Positions 26,175 to 35,584 of a stretch of 64,000 bases of DNA are shown here, piece by piece (positions within the stretch are counted from its first letter, which is position 1; the number at the start of each line of letters is the position of its first letter). A program made the translations under genes and the position numbers. The notes under the pieces were generated by a model. The model did not search any database, was not told the origin of the DNA, and saw only the letters and a list, made by a program, of their open reading frames with translations. This stretch comes from a virus (taxonomy: Duplodnaviria; Caudoviricetes): the IMG/VR virus record IMGVR_UViG_2811995368_000001, positions 1 to 64,000 of that record; one strand, written 5' to 3'.

Positions 26175-26801
26175 ATGGCAGCAGAGAAGAAAACCATGTC
26201 CATGACGACCCGCCAAGAGCAGGCAGCGGCGGTCAAGACCATCGGCGCCCGGATGCGGCAGGCCCGCGAACTGTGCAACCTGTCCCAGAGCGCAGCCGCG
26301 AAGCGTCTGGGCTACCAGAACCCCTCGAAGCTGTCGAAGGTGGAACTGGCGACCGATACCAACAGCGTGCCGCTCTGGCTCATTGTCCGGGCCGCGCGCG
26401 TGTATGAGGTGTCGGTGGACTTCCTCTTCGGCGCGACCGACGACTGGGAAGTGGGTGCCCGGATGACGCAGGAACGGGAAACGTCCGCTTGGATGTTCGA
26501 TGCCTGGGAGAAGGCCCGGCAGCGCGACATGGAAACCCTGAAGCGCCTGCATGACCGCGTGCAGACCCTGACCGAGGCCGTGGCCGTCATGCTGGCCGCG
26601 TCCGAGGAATCCGCCTTGGCGCTGGCCCGCTTCGCCGAGCTGAATCCCGAGTTCGAGGAAATGCGCGCCGGATCCCGCCTCGTCGGTGCCGTGGAGCGTG
26701 CCAACGACGCCGCCAAGAACGCGAAGACCAAGATGGAGCGGTTTCGGATGGATTGCTCTGTCGCCGCCCCTCACTCGCACCAGTTGAGCCTGGTGCTCTG
26801 A
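26175..26801 (+). CDS. XRE-family HTH regulator with coiled-coil C terminus
   Basis: IGARMRQARELCNLSQSAAAKRLG...LSKVE...YEVSVDFLFG; AGGAGG RBS. Confidence 0.85.
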   Translation: MAAEKKTMSMTTRQEQAAAVKTIGARMRQARELCNLSQSAAAKRLGYQNPSKLSKVELATDTNSVPLWLIVRAARVYEVSVDFLFGATDDWEVGARMTQERETSAWMFDAWEKARQRDMETLKRLHDRVQTLTEAVAVMLAASEESALALARFAELNPEFEEMRAGSRLVGAVERANDAAKNAKTKMERFRMDCSVAAPHSHQLSLVL

Positions 26802-26824
26802 TACCTTGAAGATAGGAATGCAGG

Positions 26825-28030
26825 ATGGCTGCACCCCCGAAACTCTCGCCGCAGAAATGGGCCGCTGTCCGGGTCAAGTGGGAGAACGACCCGCGCGACG
26901 GCTACACCTGGCTGGTGGCCGAAATGTCCCTGCCCGTGTCCGCGCCTGCCGTGCGCAAGCGGGCGTCCGCTGATGGCTGGCTGAAGAAGTCGCCGCTGCA
27001 CCTGCCCGGTGAGAAACCGACGCCGGAAACCATCGAAACCAAGGCAAAGACCGGCAAGAGCGCGAAGCAGAAGGCAAAGGTTTCTGGCCGCATGGTTTCC
27101 AAGGGTGGCGAAACCATCGACAGCGAAACCATCGAAACCTTGCCGATGACGACCGCGCAGGCCGTCGAGCGTGACCCGGATGAGTTCGGGGTGTTCGCTG
27201 ACCTGACCGACCAGCAGGAAATCTTCGTGCGGGAATACCTGGTGGATTGGAACGCATCGGCGGCGGCTATCCGGGCCGGGTACAGCCCCAAGGCCGCCAT
27301 GCAGCAGGGGTGGAGCCTGCTTCAGAACCCGAAGGTAAGCCACGCCATCGTCACGCTCGCCACGGCGCGCGCGCGGCGCCTGGGCATCGACGGCGACGAG
27401 CTGATGCGCCTGTGGGCCGCCATCGTCACGTTCGACGCGAACGAAATCTCGCAACTCCGCCGGGTGTGCTGCCCCTACTGCTGGGGCGAGGGGCACGCCC
27501 GTCAATACACCCCGTCCGGCTTGGAAGAAGCCAAGAAGAAGCACGACCGGGAGCGCGCACGGCGGAAGAAGGCCGACAGCGCCGACGACATCGGCGAGTT
27601 CCCCGAATACACGGATGCCTGGTACGACAAGCGCAAGGCGCCGCATGAGGACTGCCCGGAGTGCCACGGCCACGGCATCGAGGAAGTGTTCTTCAACGAC
27701 ACCCGCAACCTGTCGCCGGCGGCGCGGCTGGTGTATTGCGGCGTGAAGGTGGGCAAGGAAGGCATCGAAGTCCTGATGCTCTCCAAGGAGAAGGCGATGG
27801 ACAACCTGGCGCGCGCGCTGGGCCTGTTCAAGGAGAAGGATGTCGAGGTCAATATCAACATGGTGTCGGGCGAAGACCTGTACCGCATCTACGAGGACAA
27901 GATGCACCAGGCCCGCACCAGGCAGGCGGCGGTGCTGACCGAGCGCGGCCTGATCGAGGACGCCACGCCGTCGGCGGGCGACGACGAGGGCGGACAGTCG
28001 CCGCAAGAGCCGGAATCCACGGGCAGCTAG
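26825..28030 (+). CDS. pacA: Terminase small subunit, P1 PacA-like
   Basis: LTDQQEIFVREYLVDWNASAAAIRAGYS...LLQNPKV; CCPYCWG...CPECHGHG; GVKVGKEGIE. Confidence 0.88.
   Translation: MAAPPKLSPQKWAAVRVKWENDPRDGYTWLVAEMSLPVSAPAVRKRASADGWLKKSPLHLPGEKPTPETIETKAKTGKSAKQKAKVSGRMVSKGGETIDSETIETLPMTTAQAVERDPDEFGVFADLTDQQEIFVREYLVDWNASAAAIRAGYSPKAAMQQGWSLLQNPKVSHAIVTLATARARRLGIDGDELMRLWAAIVTFDANEISQLRRVCCPYCWGEGHARQYTPSGLEEAKKKHDRERARRKKADSADDIGEFPEYTDAWYDKRKAPHEDCPECHGHGIEEVFFNDTRNLSPAARLVYCGVKVGKEGIEVLMLSKEKAMDNLARALGLFKEKDVEVNINMVSGEDLYRIYEDKMHQARTRQAAVLTERGLIEDATPSAGDDEGGQSPQEPESTGS
27013..27139. repeat. Cluster of eight GAAACC/GGTTTC hexamers (candidate pac site)
   Basis: GAAACC at 27013, 27026, 27035, 27110, 27125, 27134; GGTTTC at 27079, 27094. 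Confidence 0.65.
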
Positions 28031-28037
28031 GCGCATC

Positions 28038-29612
28038 ATGGCGGCCAAGAAGAAGAATCGGAACCTACTGGAAGACCCGCGCTACGCGGACTTCGTGGAG
28101 CGGTATCACGCCGACCCGCTGCGCTTCGCCGTCGAGGTGACGGGCTTTGTCCCCAGTGCCGACCAGGAAAGCCTGTTCGAGGCCATCACGCCGGAGAGCG
28201 CCAAGGTGTCCGTGGTGTCCGGCACCGGCACCGGCAAGACCGCCGCCTTCGCGCGCATCGCGCTCTGGCATCTGCTGTGCTTCCCCGTGGCGGTCTATGA
28301 AGGCAAGGTCGAGGTGGGCAGCAACACCTACATCGGCGCGCCGTTCATCCAGCAGGTGGCCGACGGCATCTGGAAGGAAATGCAGGACACCCGCATCGCC
28401 ATTGCGAACGGGCCGCACGCCTGGCTGAACGACTTTTTCACCATCACCAAGACCCGCGTCCATGTGAACGGGTTTGCGGAGCAGTGGTTCATCACCCAGA
28501 TCGCCATGAAGAAGGGTGAGGCTATCGGGGTGGCCGGCAAGCACCGCTATTGGCAGCTCATCATCATCGACGAGGCCGCCGGCGTGCCGGACGACCACTT
28601 CAACGTCATCGACGGCACGCAGACCCAGGGCGGCAACCGCACACTGATGGCATCGCAGGGGGCGCGCAATGCCGGGCGCTTCTACGATTCGCACCACACC
28701 CTGAACCGCAAGAACGGCGGAAGCTGGCACGCGCTGCGCTTCAACTCCGAGCTGTCGCCCTTCGTCACCACGCAATGGCTGCGCGAGCGTGCGAACGAGA
28801 GCGGCGGGCGGAATTCCGTCGAATACCAGATCCGGGTGCTGGGCCTGTTCGCCCAGAGTAGCAGCAACGTCCTCTTGACCCGCGCCGACATCGAGGCCGC
28901 CTTCGTGTCGCGCAAGCTGATTGCCGACGACGAACCCTTCGGCCTCGTGGTGCTGTCCGACGTGGCTCTGGGCGAATACCGGGACGATTCCGTGGCCGTC
29001 GTCGCCAAGATCATCGGGGATGCCGACCACGGGCCGGACGCGCGCCGCGTGGAATACATCGAAATCCCCATCGCGGCCAATGACAAGAACGAAATCGACC
29101 TGGCCGGCGACCTGGTGAATCTCGTCGGCAAGCTGTCGAACGCGACGCTCTACGTCGATGCCGGCGGCGTGGGCGCGACCGTGTGCAAGCTGATCGAGCG
29201 TTCCGGCGCCACGGTGGTGCGGGTGAATTGGGGCATCCCTTGCTTCAAGAACGAATACAAGAGCCGGTTCTACAACCTGCGAGCGTGCGCGATGGTGCGC
29301 TTCCGCGACGCCATCCGGCAGGGCCGCGTGGTGCTGCCGCAGGGCATTTCCAAGAAGCTGCGCGAGAAGATCATCGACCAGGGTTCCCGGCTGCCGTACC
29401 ACTTCAGCGAGGCCGGCGGCCTGCGCTACGTCATGCAGTCGAAAGAGGACATGCGCCGCGACGGCATCAAGTCCCCCGACTTGATTGACGCCATGAGCTT
29501 TGCCTTCCTCGAAGGCGCTACCTACATGGTGAGCGACAGCGCGGCGGGCCTGACCAACAGCCTGACCGATGAGGTATCGAAGAAGGCCGCCGAAATGTTC
29601 GCCGACGTGTAG
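28038..29612 (+). CDS. pacB: Terminase large subunit, P1 PacB-like
   Basis: VSVVSGTGTGKT Walker A, IIIDEAAGV Walker B, nuclease LSDVA...DDSV, SPDLIDA. Confidence 0.93.
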   Translation: MAAKKKNRNLLEDPRYADFVERYHADPLRFAVEVTGFVPSADQESLFEAITPESAKVSVVSGTGTGKTAAFARIALWHLLCFPVAVYEGKVEVGSNTYIGAPFIQQVADGIWKEMQDTRIAIANGPHAWLNDFFTITKTRVHVNGFAEQWFITQIAMKKGEAIGVAGKHRYWQLIIIDEAAGVPDDHFNVIDGTQTQGGNRTLMASQGARNAGRFYDSHHTLNRKNGGSWHALRFNSELSPFVTTQWLRERANESGGRNSVEYQIRVLGLFAQSSSNVLLTRADIEAAFVSRKLIADDEPFGLVVLSDVALGEYRDDSVAVVAKIIGDADHGPDARRVEYIEIPIAANDKNEIDLAGDLVNLVGKLSNATLYVDAGGVGATVCKLIERSGATVVRVNWGIPCFKNEYKSRFYNLRACAMVRFRDAIRQGRVVLPQGISKKLREKIIDQGSRLPYHFSEAGGLRYVMQSKEDMRRDGIKSPDLIDAMSFAFLEGATYMVSDSAAGLTNSLTDEVSKKAAEMFADV

Positions 29613-29622
29613 GAGAAACCCG

Positions 29623-30453
29623 ATGAAGGACATCATCACCCGCTTTTTCGCTGTCATCGTTACCGGCCTGGCCGTGTCTATGGCCGTCGTCAGCGCATGG
29701 CATCGTGCCGGCGCGGACGTGGATAGGTGGCTTCTGGCCGGACTGTCCGCCGTGATCGTGCTGGCCGTGCATCTGCTGCCCGCGCTGCTGGGCCGCCTGT
29801 CCCGGCTGGTGGTCTGGCCGGTCTGGTGCCTGTGCTTCCTGGCTGCGCTCTGGGGGCACATCTGGTTCTTCGCCAATGCCAGCCACGGTGCCGCCGAGAG
29901 CCGCGCCGCCACGTCGGCCAAGTCCCAGGCCATCCAAGAGCAGCGCGCCGCCATCGAAGCCGAGCTGGCGGCCAACAAGGCCCGCAGCGCCGCGACCGTG
30001 GCCGGCATCCTCGCCCGCACAAAAGACCCGAAGGCCCGCGTCCCGCTGGAAATCGAACTGGAACAGGGGAAGCGGGCAAACGACCTGCGCGCCCGGCTGG
30101 TGGGCTTGACCGACCAGGAAGCCGCCAGTGCCGAAGTGGATCCAGTGGTGGCGCGCGTGACCGCCGTGACTGGCCTGCCCATCGAGGCGCTGAATACGTG
30201 GTCTGGCGTGGTCATCGCCATGCTGCTTGAGGTGCTTGGCTCCCTGCTATGGGTGGCGGCACTGGCCGGGCAAACGGTGGCGCAGCGGGGCCAGCCGGAC
30301 GATTCCGACATGGTGGAACGGCTCTACGCGGCCCTCGAAAACAGCGAAATCAGCCCGACCCAAGAGGATGTTTGCAAGTTCATCGGTGGGTGCAGCCACG
30401 ACACCGCCCACCGCCTTTTGCGCGGCCTCGAAGTGCGGATGAAGGCCCGGTAG
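29623..30453 (+). CDS. Multi-pass membrane protein with coiled coil and C-terminal HTH-like segment
   Basis: Three N-terminal TM helices, coiled coil, TM, then PTQEDVCKFIGGCSHDTAHRL; AGGAG RBS. Confidence 0.7.
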   Translation: MKDIITRFFAVIVTGLAVSMAVVSAWHRAGADVDRWLLAGLSAVIVLAVHLLPALLGRLSRLVVWPVWCLCFLAALWGHIWFFANASHGAAESRAATSAKSQAIQEQRAAIEAELAANKARSAATVAGILARTKDPKARVPLEIELEQGKRANDLRARLVGLTDQEAASAEVDPVVARVTAVTGLPIEALNTWSGVVIAMLLEVLGSLLWVAALAGQTVAQRGQPDDSDMVERLYAALENSEISPTQEDVCKFIGGCSHDTAHRLLRGLEVRMKAR

Positions 30454-30465
30454 CGCGCAAGAACG

Positions 30466-30506
30466 GGAAAAAGCGACCCATCCCGCCAGCGTCCGCAACC
30501 TACCAT
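30466..30506 (+). promoter_or_regulatory. Putative late promoter 2 (before pro)
   Basis: GGAAAA-N29-TACCAT, intergenic. Confidence 0.7.
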
Positions 30507-30533
30507 CAGGCGAGTGAAGAAAGGGGGAACCCC

Positions 30534-31352
30534 ATGCAAACCAACGTCATCACTTACAACCTGAAGGAACGGGGCCGTCAGTATCGCGGCAAGGAGCGGC
30601 ACTTCAACATCCGCGCCATCGTCTCTGCCATCAACGGGCCGGCCTGCCAGGAGCGCGTGCGCAACCGCGACATGCAGGGCTACTACGGGCACTGGCCGCG
30701 CATCAAGTTCGGGCTGAACCCTGCCGAGGGCGGCCTGGACGGCGGCAAGCCGGCCCTCGTCGAACCGGCCCTCGTCACCACGCTGCTGCGCGCGCACGAC
30801 GACGGCACCATCGAGCATCAAGCCGAATTTCTGGACACGGATTCCGGCCAAGTGGCCGCGAAGCTGTACGCCAGCCGCACCGGCGGCTTTTCGTCTGCCA
30901 TCGACCAGACCCGCCCCGAGTTCTTCGGTTTCGACTATGTGCTTGAACCCAACTACAGCACGAACCGGGGCTACACCCTGGACGACGTGCGCGACATGAC
31001 GCTGGACGACATCGAGGCCGCCATCTACGACGAGCAGTTGCGCGGCATGGCCCACATGCTGGACGCGGCCAACGCGGAGCGCGAGCGCGCCAGCGACGTG
31101 ATCGAGCGATTGAGCGCCGAGAACGAGCAGCTTCTTTCCCTGCTGGCCGCCAAGGGCATCGACGCCGGCACCGCGCTGGACGCCGCCGGGATTGCCCCGC
31201 TGGTGCTGGCCGGCGGCATCACCGAGCGCATGACCCGCGACATGGCCGCTTTCCATAGCGCCGGCGCGCTGCCGCGTTTCATCGAGCCGAAGCCTGACGA
31301 ACCCGTAGCCGACCCGCTGTATGGCCGCCTGCTGGGCAAATTCACCCGCTGA
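30534..31352 (+). CDS. pro: Prohead protease, P1 Pro-like
   Basis: GYYGH..R, DDGTIEH.AEFLDT.SG, SRTGGFS, FFGFDYV.EPNY match recalled P1 Pro motifs. Confidence 0.8.
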   Translation: MQTNVITYNLKERGRQYRGKERHFNIRAIVSAINGPACQERVRNRDMQGYYGHWPRIKFGLNPAEGGLDGGKPALVEPALVTTLLRAHDDGTIEHQAEFLDTDSGQVAAKLYASRTGGFSSAIDQTRPEFFGFDYVLEPNYSTNRGYTLDDVRDMTLDDIEAAIYDEQLRGMAHMLDAANAERERASDVIERLSAENEQLLSLLAAKGIDAGTALDAAGIAPLVLAGGITERMTRDMAAFHSAGALPRFIEPKPDEPVADPLYGRLLGKFTR

Positions 31353-31364
31353 TAGGGCGCCGCG

Positions 31365-32162
31365 ATGCTCCAACCCCTCAAGGAAGCCTTCGGGAGGTTC
31401 ATGGGCCGCTACTACGCGACCCTGGTTCCCACCACGAAGCCGCTACAGGAATACGTGACGCGCGGGGTGGCAAAAAGTATCGCCTGGGCGCCCGCGCGCA
31501 TGACCGACGCCGCCGAGGATATGCTGTCCCTCTGGATGCGCAGCGACATCCACGATTCGCCCACGCGCCCGCCTGACATGCCCGCAATTCTGGTGGCGAT
31601 GGCGAAGGACTACACCCCGACGCCGCGCGACTACACCCGCCAAGTGGCCGACCGGGAAATGGTCATCATCCCGACCGACCCGAAGGAGCGGATGTTCGGC
31701 CTGCGGGCCGTGGCTGGCGACATCCGGGCGCAGATCGTCATTTTCGCCACGGACGAACCCACTGCGCACTCGCTGGCTGCGCAATTCGGCCTGTTCCTCG
31801 ATGCCACGCCGAACCGCCGATTCACGGCGCGCTACGCCTTCGCCAGCCAGCCGATGGATTGGCCCGTGCAGGTGGAGCTGCCCGACGTGCCGGCCATGAA
31901 CATCCCGACCGAGGCCAAGAACCTGACGGTACTCGCCATCGACATCACCCTGCGCGCTGAAATCCCGCTCTTCGATGCACCCAAGGCCGGCGAGCCGAAC
32001 GACGGCAAGGGTACGCCGGGCGACATTGCAGATCCCGCAGGCTATCCCGTGGTGCAGGGCATCAGCATCACCAGCCGCGAGGCCGGGCCGGACGGCGGCG
32101 CAACCGACATCCGCCCATACGGCGTGGCCGTGGAAGACGGCGACGAGGGGGCGGCACCATGA
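31365..32162 (+). CDS. Putative structural protein (neck/tail completion)
   Basis: Position in the late operon; family not confidently recognised. Confidence 0.5.
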   Translation: MLQPLKEAFGRFMGRYYATLVPTTKPLQEYVTRGVAKSIAWAPARMTDAAEDMLSLWMRSDIHDSPTRPPDMPAILVAMAKDYTPTPRDYTRQVADREMVIIPTDPKERMFGLRAVAGDIRAQIVIFATDEPTAHSLAAQFGLFLDATPNRRFTARYAFASQPMDWPVQVELPDVPAMNIPTEAKNLTVLAIDITLRAEIPLFDAPKAGEPNDGKGTPGDIADPAGYPVVQGISITSREAGPDGGATDIRPYGVAVEDGDEGAAP

Positions 32163-32647
32163 TCCAGATTCAGGCGACCTTCACCGGCTACGGCGGCCAG
32201 CCGTGCAGCCTGTTTTCGGCCTACGACCCCGAGGCCCGCGTGCTGGTGGTGAGCGCCGAGGCGCCGTATCGCCCCGAGCGCCGCGAAGGCTGCACGGTGC
32301 TGACCAACGTGCCGGACATCACCCGCGACAAGCTCTTCACCGACGCCGACCTGCTGCCGGCCATTACCGCCTTCCATTCCCTGAGGAACGGGGTGGCGGG
32401 CGACGGCAAGGCCGCGCGCCTGGTGTTCGGCGACCGGGCGAACCGGGCGAACCCCGGCCCGGCTATAGAGCAGGACGGCATCGAAACCAGCGGCCCCAAG
32501 TACCGCATCAACGCCGGCGTGACGTGTGCCCAGGTGGCGGCGCTGGCGACCTGTCTCTACGCCGTCCGCTCCGACACCGTGGAGCGCACCGTGCAGATGG
32601 CCGAAGCCTTCCGGCACCTCGCCGGCGGCGGCATCTTGACCATTTGA
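32159..32647 (+). CDS. Putative morphogenesis protein
   Basis: ATGA-coupled late-operon ORF. Confidence 0.5.
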   Translation: MIQIQATFTGYGGQPCSLFSAYDPEARVLVVSAEAPYRPERREGCTVLTNVPDITRDKLFTDADLLPAITAFHSLRNGVAGDGKAARLVFGDRANRANPGPAIEQDGIETSGPKYRINAGVTCAQVAALATCLYAVRSDTVERTVQMAEAFRHLAGGGILTI

Positions 32648-32656
32648 GGCCCGGCC

Positions 32657-32995
32657 ATGCTCGACCAAGACACCCGCGCCGCCAAATCCTTCTACCGCGA
32701 AGTGCGCAAGTTCGCGGAAAGCATCAAGCCCTGGGACACCACGGCCATCTTCTACGAGACGAAGCCGGACGAAGCCCTCGACCTGACGCTGGTTTCCGAG
32801 CGCGTCTATGGACGCCGCGACGAATACCTTGCCGTCATGGCTGCCGCCGGCCTCGATAGCCTCGATCAGCCGCTGCCCCAGAAACGCATCGTGCTCCCGA
32901 ACGAGGGCCAACTCATCGCCATCAAGCGCCGCGTGGGCTTTGAATCCATCGACGAGTACCGAGAGAACGGTGCGCCGATTTGGGCGGGGGCGTAG
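32657..32995 (+). CDS. Baseplate protein, P1 gp26-like (tail X / LysM-like)
   Basis: DLTLVSERVYGRRDEYLAVMAAAGL...IVLP. Confidence 0.65.
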   Translation: MLDQDTRAAKSFYREVRKFAESIKPWDTTAIFYETKPDEALDLTLVSERVYGRRDEYLAVMAAAGLDSLDQPLPQKRIVLPNEGQLIAIKRRVGFESIDEYRENGAPIWAGA

Positions 32996-32997
32996 CT

Positions 32998-33690
32998 ATG
33001 CTGACCATGCCGCAATTGCGGGCTGTGGTGTATCGCGGCACCGTGCTGGACACCATCGACGACGACGGGCGCAAGCACGACGAGCGCGGGAGGTTCGCGC
33101 GCAAGGACGGTAGCGCCGCTTCGCAGATTGGTGGAAAGAAGGAAGCAAAGGCGCACGCTTCCAAGGTACTGCAAGGCGCGCCAGTGGCATCCCTGCGGAT
33201 TGGCGATGCGCCGCGCGGATACCCCGCACTTCGAGAGTGGGCATCTAAGTTGTTCAAGGCGGCTGGCGGAAAAGCTATCAGCCCAGAGCTGGGAGAGGTG
33301 GCTCTGGACGACCGCGCTGTCCGAGATTCAATGGCGCACGGCATGAACCCCTACAAGGCAGCGGCATTTGCGGCGGTGAAGGATGTGATTGAAAAGGGGG
33401 TTGTCGTTTTGAAGTCGGCCCACGGGCGCGACATGACCAGCGCGTATGTCAGCGCGCCAGTGAGAATTGATGGGGCTGATGATGTAGTGACTGTTCTCGT
33501 GCGGAAAGACCCGAACAGCCAGCGCATGTACCTACATAGCGTGACCACAAAAGAAAATCTCCTGAAGGCCAGGGATTCCGGGACTGACGCCGATTTTGGC
33601 GTGGAGCGATCCGGCAAGGTCACTTCAGGAGACGTTGCAAGTGTATTGCACGAACTGCTGAATTTCAAGGGTGGCATCAATGGCGACTAA
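32998..33690 (+). CDS. Putative LPD3-like (BECR fold) nuclease-domain protein, moron-like
   Basis: RAVRDSMAHG...KAAAFAAVKDVIEKG...APVRI...MYLHSV; N-terminal HDERGRF motif; lower GC than neighbours. Confidence 0.65.
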   Translation: MLTMPQLRAVVYRGTVLDTIDDDGRKHDERGRFARKDGSAASQIGGKKEAKAHASKVLQGAPVASLRIGDAPRGYPALREWASKLFKAAGGKAISPELGEVALDDRAVRDSMAHGMNPYKAAAFAAVKDVIEKGVVVLKSAHGRDMTSAYVSAPVRIDGADDVVTVLVRKDPNSQRMYLHSVTTKENLLKARDSGTDADFGVERSGKVTSGDVASVLHELLNFKGGINGD

Positions 33691-34747
33691 AAAGCCTACG
33701 GGCCGCTCCGCCGGCGGCTCTAGCCCCAGCGGCTGGCTGCCCAAGCTGCGCGGCTCTGCATCTGACCAGAAGGCGCGCGCTGCCGAGGATGCGGCCACCC
33801 GGCGCGCTGCCGGCGAATCGTCCAAATCTGTCATCCTCACCGCCAAGGACGTGCAGGGTGAATACGACGCCTACCGTGGCCTGATGACGACGATGGGCGG
33901 GAAGGTTCGCTCGCTAACGCACGACGACCTGGCCGCGTTCCGCCACAACGTCAGGACGATGCAGAACCGCTACAAGGGCGGTATCCGCGCCCGTCAGGTG
34001 CTTGACCTGTCTCTGCCGGACGACCGCGCGCGCGCGAACGAGCAAATCCGAACCGCCGTTCCGGTGGCCGCCCACGGGAGCCGCGTGCGCTTTATGACCA
34101 ACGCCGGGCCAGATTCCGACGTGAGCCACCACCATGTCATCGTCGATTTTCTGTCCTATGCTTCCGCCGCATCCGGCGCGCGCGGGGATGGGAAGAAGTC
34201 GGCGGCATGGATGCGCAAGGAACCGCTGCGCATCGAGTGCGACTGCGGGCGCTGGCGCTACTGGTTCCGCTACATCGCCACCATCGGCAAGTTCAATGCC
34301 GGGCGCGACGAGACGGGCTACCCGAAGGTGCGCAACCCGAACCTGCACGGCGTCGCCTGCAAGCACATCCTGCGCGTCATGGCCGAGGTGGAATCCTCGC
34401 CATCCATCCAGAACTTCCTCGCCCGGCTGATCGACAAGGCCCGCGCCCAGGACAACAACCGCGTCAGCGTGCAGATGTCCCAGGAAGAGGCGGATAAATT
34501 GGCCGGTAAGCCCGCGTCTCGGATCCGCGATGTCGAAGCCACCATGCGCCAGCGCCAGCGCGCGCGGGAGCGTTCCGCGCTTGTCCGGGCCGCCAAGAAG
34601 GCTGCGCCGCCTCCCCCGAAGAAGAGGGCGGCAGCCAGCCGCCGCGCTGAACGCGAATCCGCCGAGGTGCTTGGCAAGAGGTTCGGCCTCGATCCCAAGC
34701 AAGTAATGAAGCTACTGGCCCAGGCCCAACAGAACCAGAAGGGATAG
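33680..34747 (+). CDS. SWIM zinc-finger morphogenesis protein, P1 gp6-like
   Basis: ECDCGRWRYWFRYIAT...YPKVRNPNLHGVACKHIL. Confidence 0.75.
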   Translation: MATKKPTGRSAGGSSPSGWLPKLRGSASDQKARAAEDAATRRAAGESSKSVILTAKDVQGEYDAYRGLMTTMGGKVRSLTHDDLAAFRHNVRTMQNRYKGGIRARQVLDLSLPDDRARANEQIRTAVPVAAHGSRVRFMTNAGPDSDVSHHHVIVDFLSYASAASGARGDGKKSAAWMRKEPLRIECDCGRWRYWFRYIATIGKFNAGRDETGYPKVRNPNLHGVACKHILRVMAEVESSPSIQNFLARLIDKARAQDNNRVSVQMSQEEADKLAGKPASRIRDVEATMRQRQRARERSALVRAAKKAAPPPPKKRAAASRRAERESAEVLGKRFGLDPKQVMKLLAQAQQNQKG

Positions 34748-34750
34748 AAG

Positions 34751-35296
34751 ATGCTCAACAACGTGCCCGAGGCAATCAACCGCATGGCCCGCAATGTCGT
34801 GGTCAATCACCCCAACGCATTCAACATCCAGCTTTTCCGCAAGAGCGTCACGCGCTCCGGCGTCGGCGAGGAAACTGTGGATGGCAACCCGACGCTGGGC
34901 GGCCTGGCCGTGCTCAACACCGGCGACGAAGAGCAGTTCGAGTACGCCTATGTCGGCAACGGCTACGCTTTGCCCGCTGACCCATTCGGGGCGGCGCCGA
35001 TGATGGACAGGAAGGACGCGAACACGGGGGGCATTGACGAGTTCCGCTTCCTGATCGAGCCGGAAGGCCCGTCGGGTAGCCCGGAGTGGTTCGACGTGCG
35101 CACCAACGACGTGATCTATCTGCTGCTGGGCGACGGCCCGGCGCCGGCGCGCATCGCCTTCGAGGTTGTGGGATACGAAACCACGTCCAATATCCCGCCC
35201 TACACGACGCGCTACGTCACGAACCGGCGTGACGACCTGCACCTGCCAGCCGGGCCGGTGGAAGACCCCGAGGACGGGGCGCCGGATGAACCCTGA
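34751..35296 (+). CDS. Putative structural protein
   Basis: Late-operon ORF; weak recalled resemblance to P1 gp24. Confidence 0.5.
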   Translation: MLNNVPEAINRMARNVVVNHPNAFNIQLFRKSVTRSGVGEETVDGNPTLGGLAVLNTGDEEQFEYAYVGNGYALPADPFGAAPMMDRKDANTGGIDEFRFLIEPEGPSGSPEWFDVRTNDVIYLLLGDGPAPARIAFEVVGYETTSNIPPYTTRYVTNRRDDLHLPAGPVEDPEDGAPDEP

Positions 35297-35456
35297 CCAG
35301 TACCACATCATTCCGCTTGACGACCAGCGTGAGCACGAGGCCAGCGTTTCATGCTGGTGTCGCCCGTCGTCGGACGACGACGAACCGAGCGTATTTGTGC
35401 ATCACGCGATGGACGGGCGCGAGCAATTCGAGAGCGGGGAACGGCTCCCGTCGTAG
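35286..35456 (+). CDS. Small His/Cys-rich peptide (56 aa)
   Basis: MNPDQYHIIPLDDQREH...CWCRP...VHHAMDGRE; overlaps upstream stop. Confidence 0.55.
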   Translation: MNPDQYHIIPLDDQREHEASVSCWCRPSSDDDEPSVFVHHAMDGREQFESGERLPS

Positions 35457-35481
35457 CCCCTAAAGGGCGCGGGATAAAACC

Positions 35482-35521
35482 GGAAAAACCGCCTTTGGCG
35501 TGGTTTTGCGGCCCGGAGAAT
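35482..35521 (+). promoter_or_regulatory. Putative late promoter 3 (before major capsid)
   Basis: CGGAAAA-N28-GAGAAT, intergenic. Confidence 0.55.
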
Positions 35522-35584
35522 GACCAGCAGTCGGCTACCAGTCGGCATTCCTGTGTTTGAACTTCTCCGAAAGGACACGAAACC

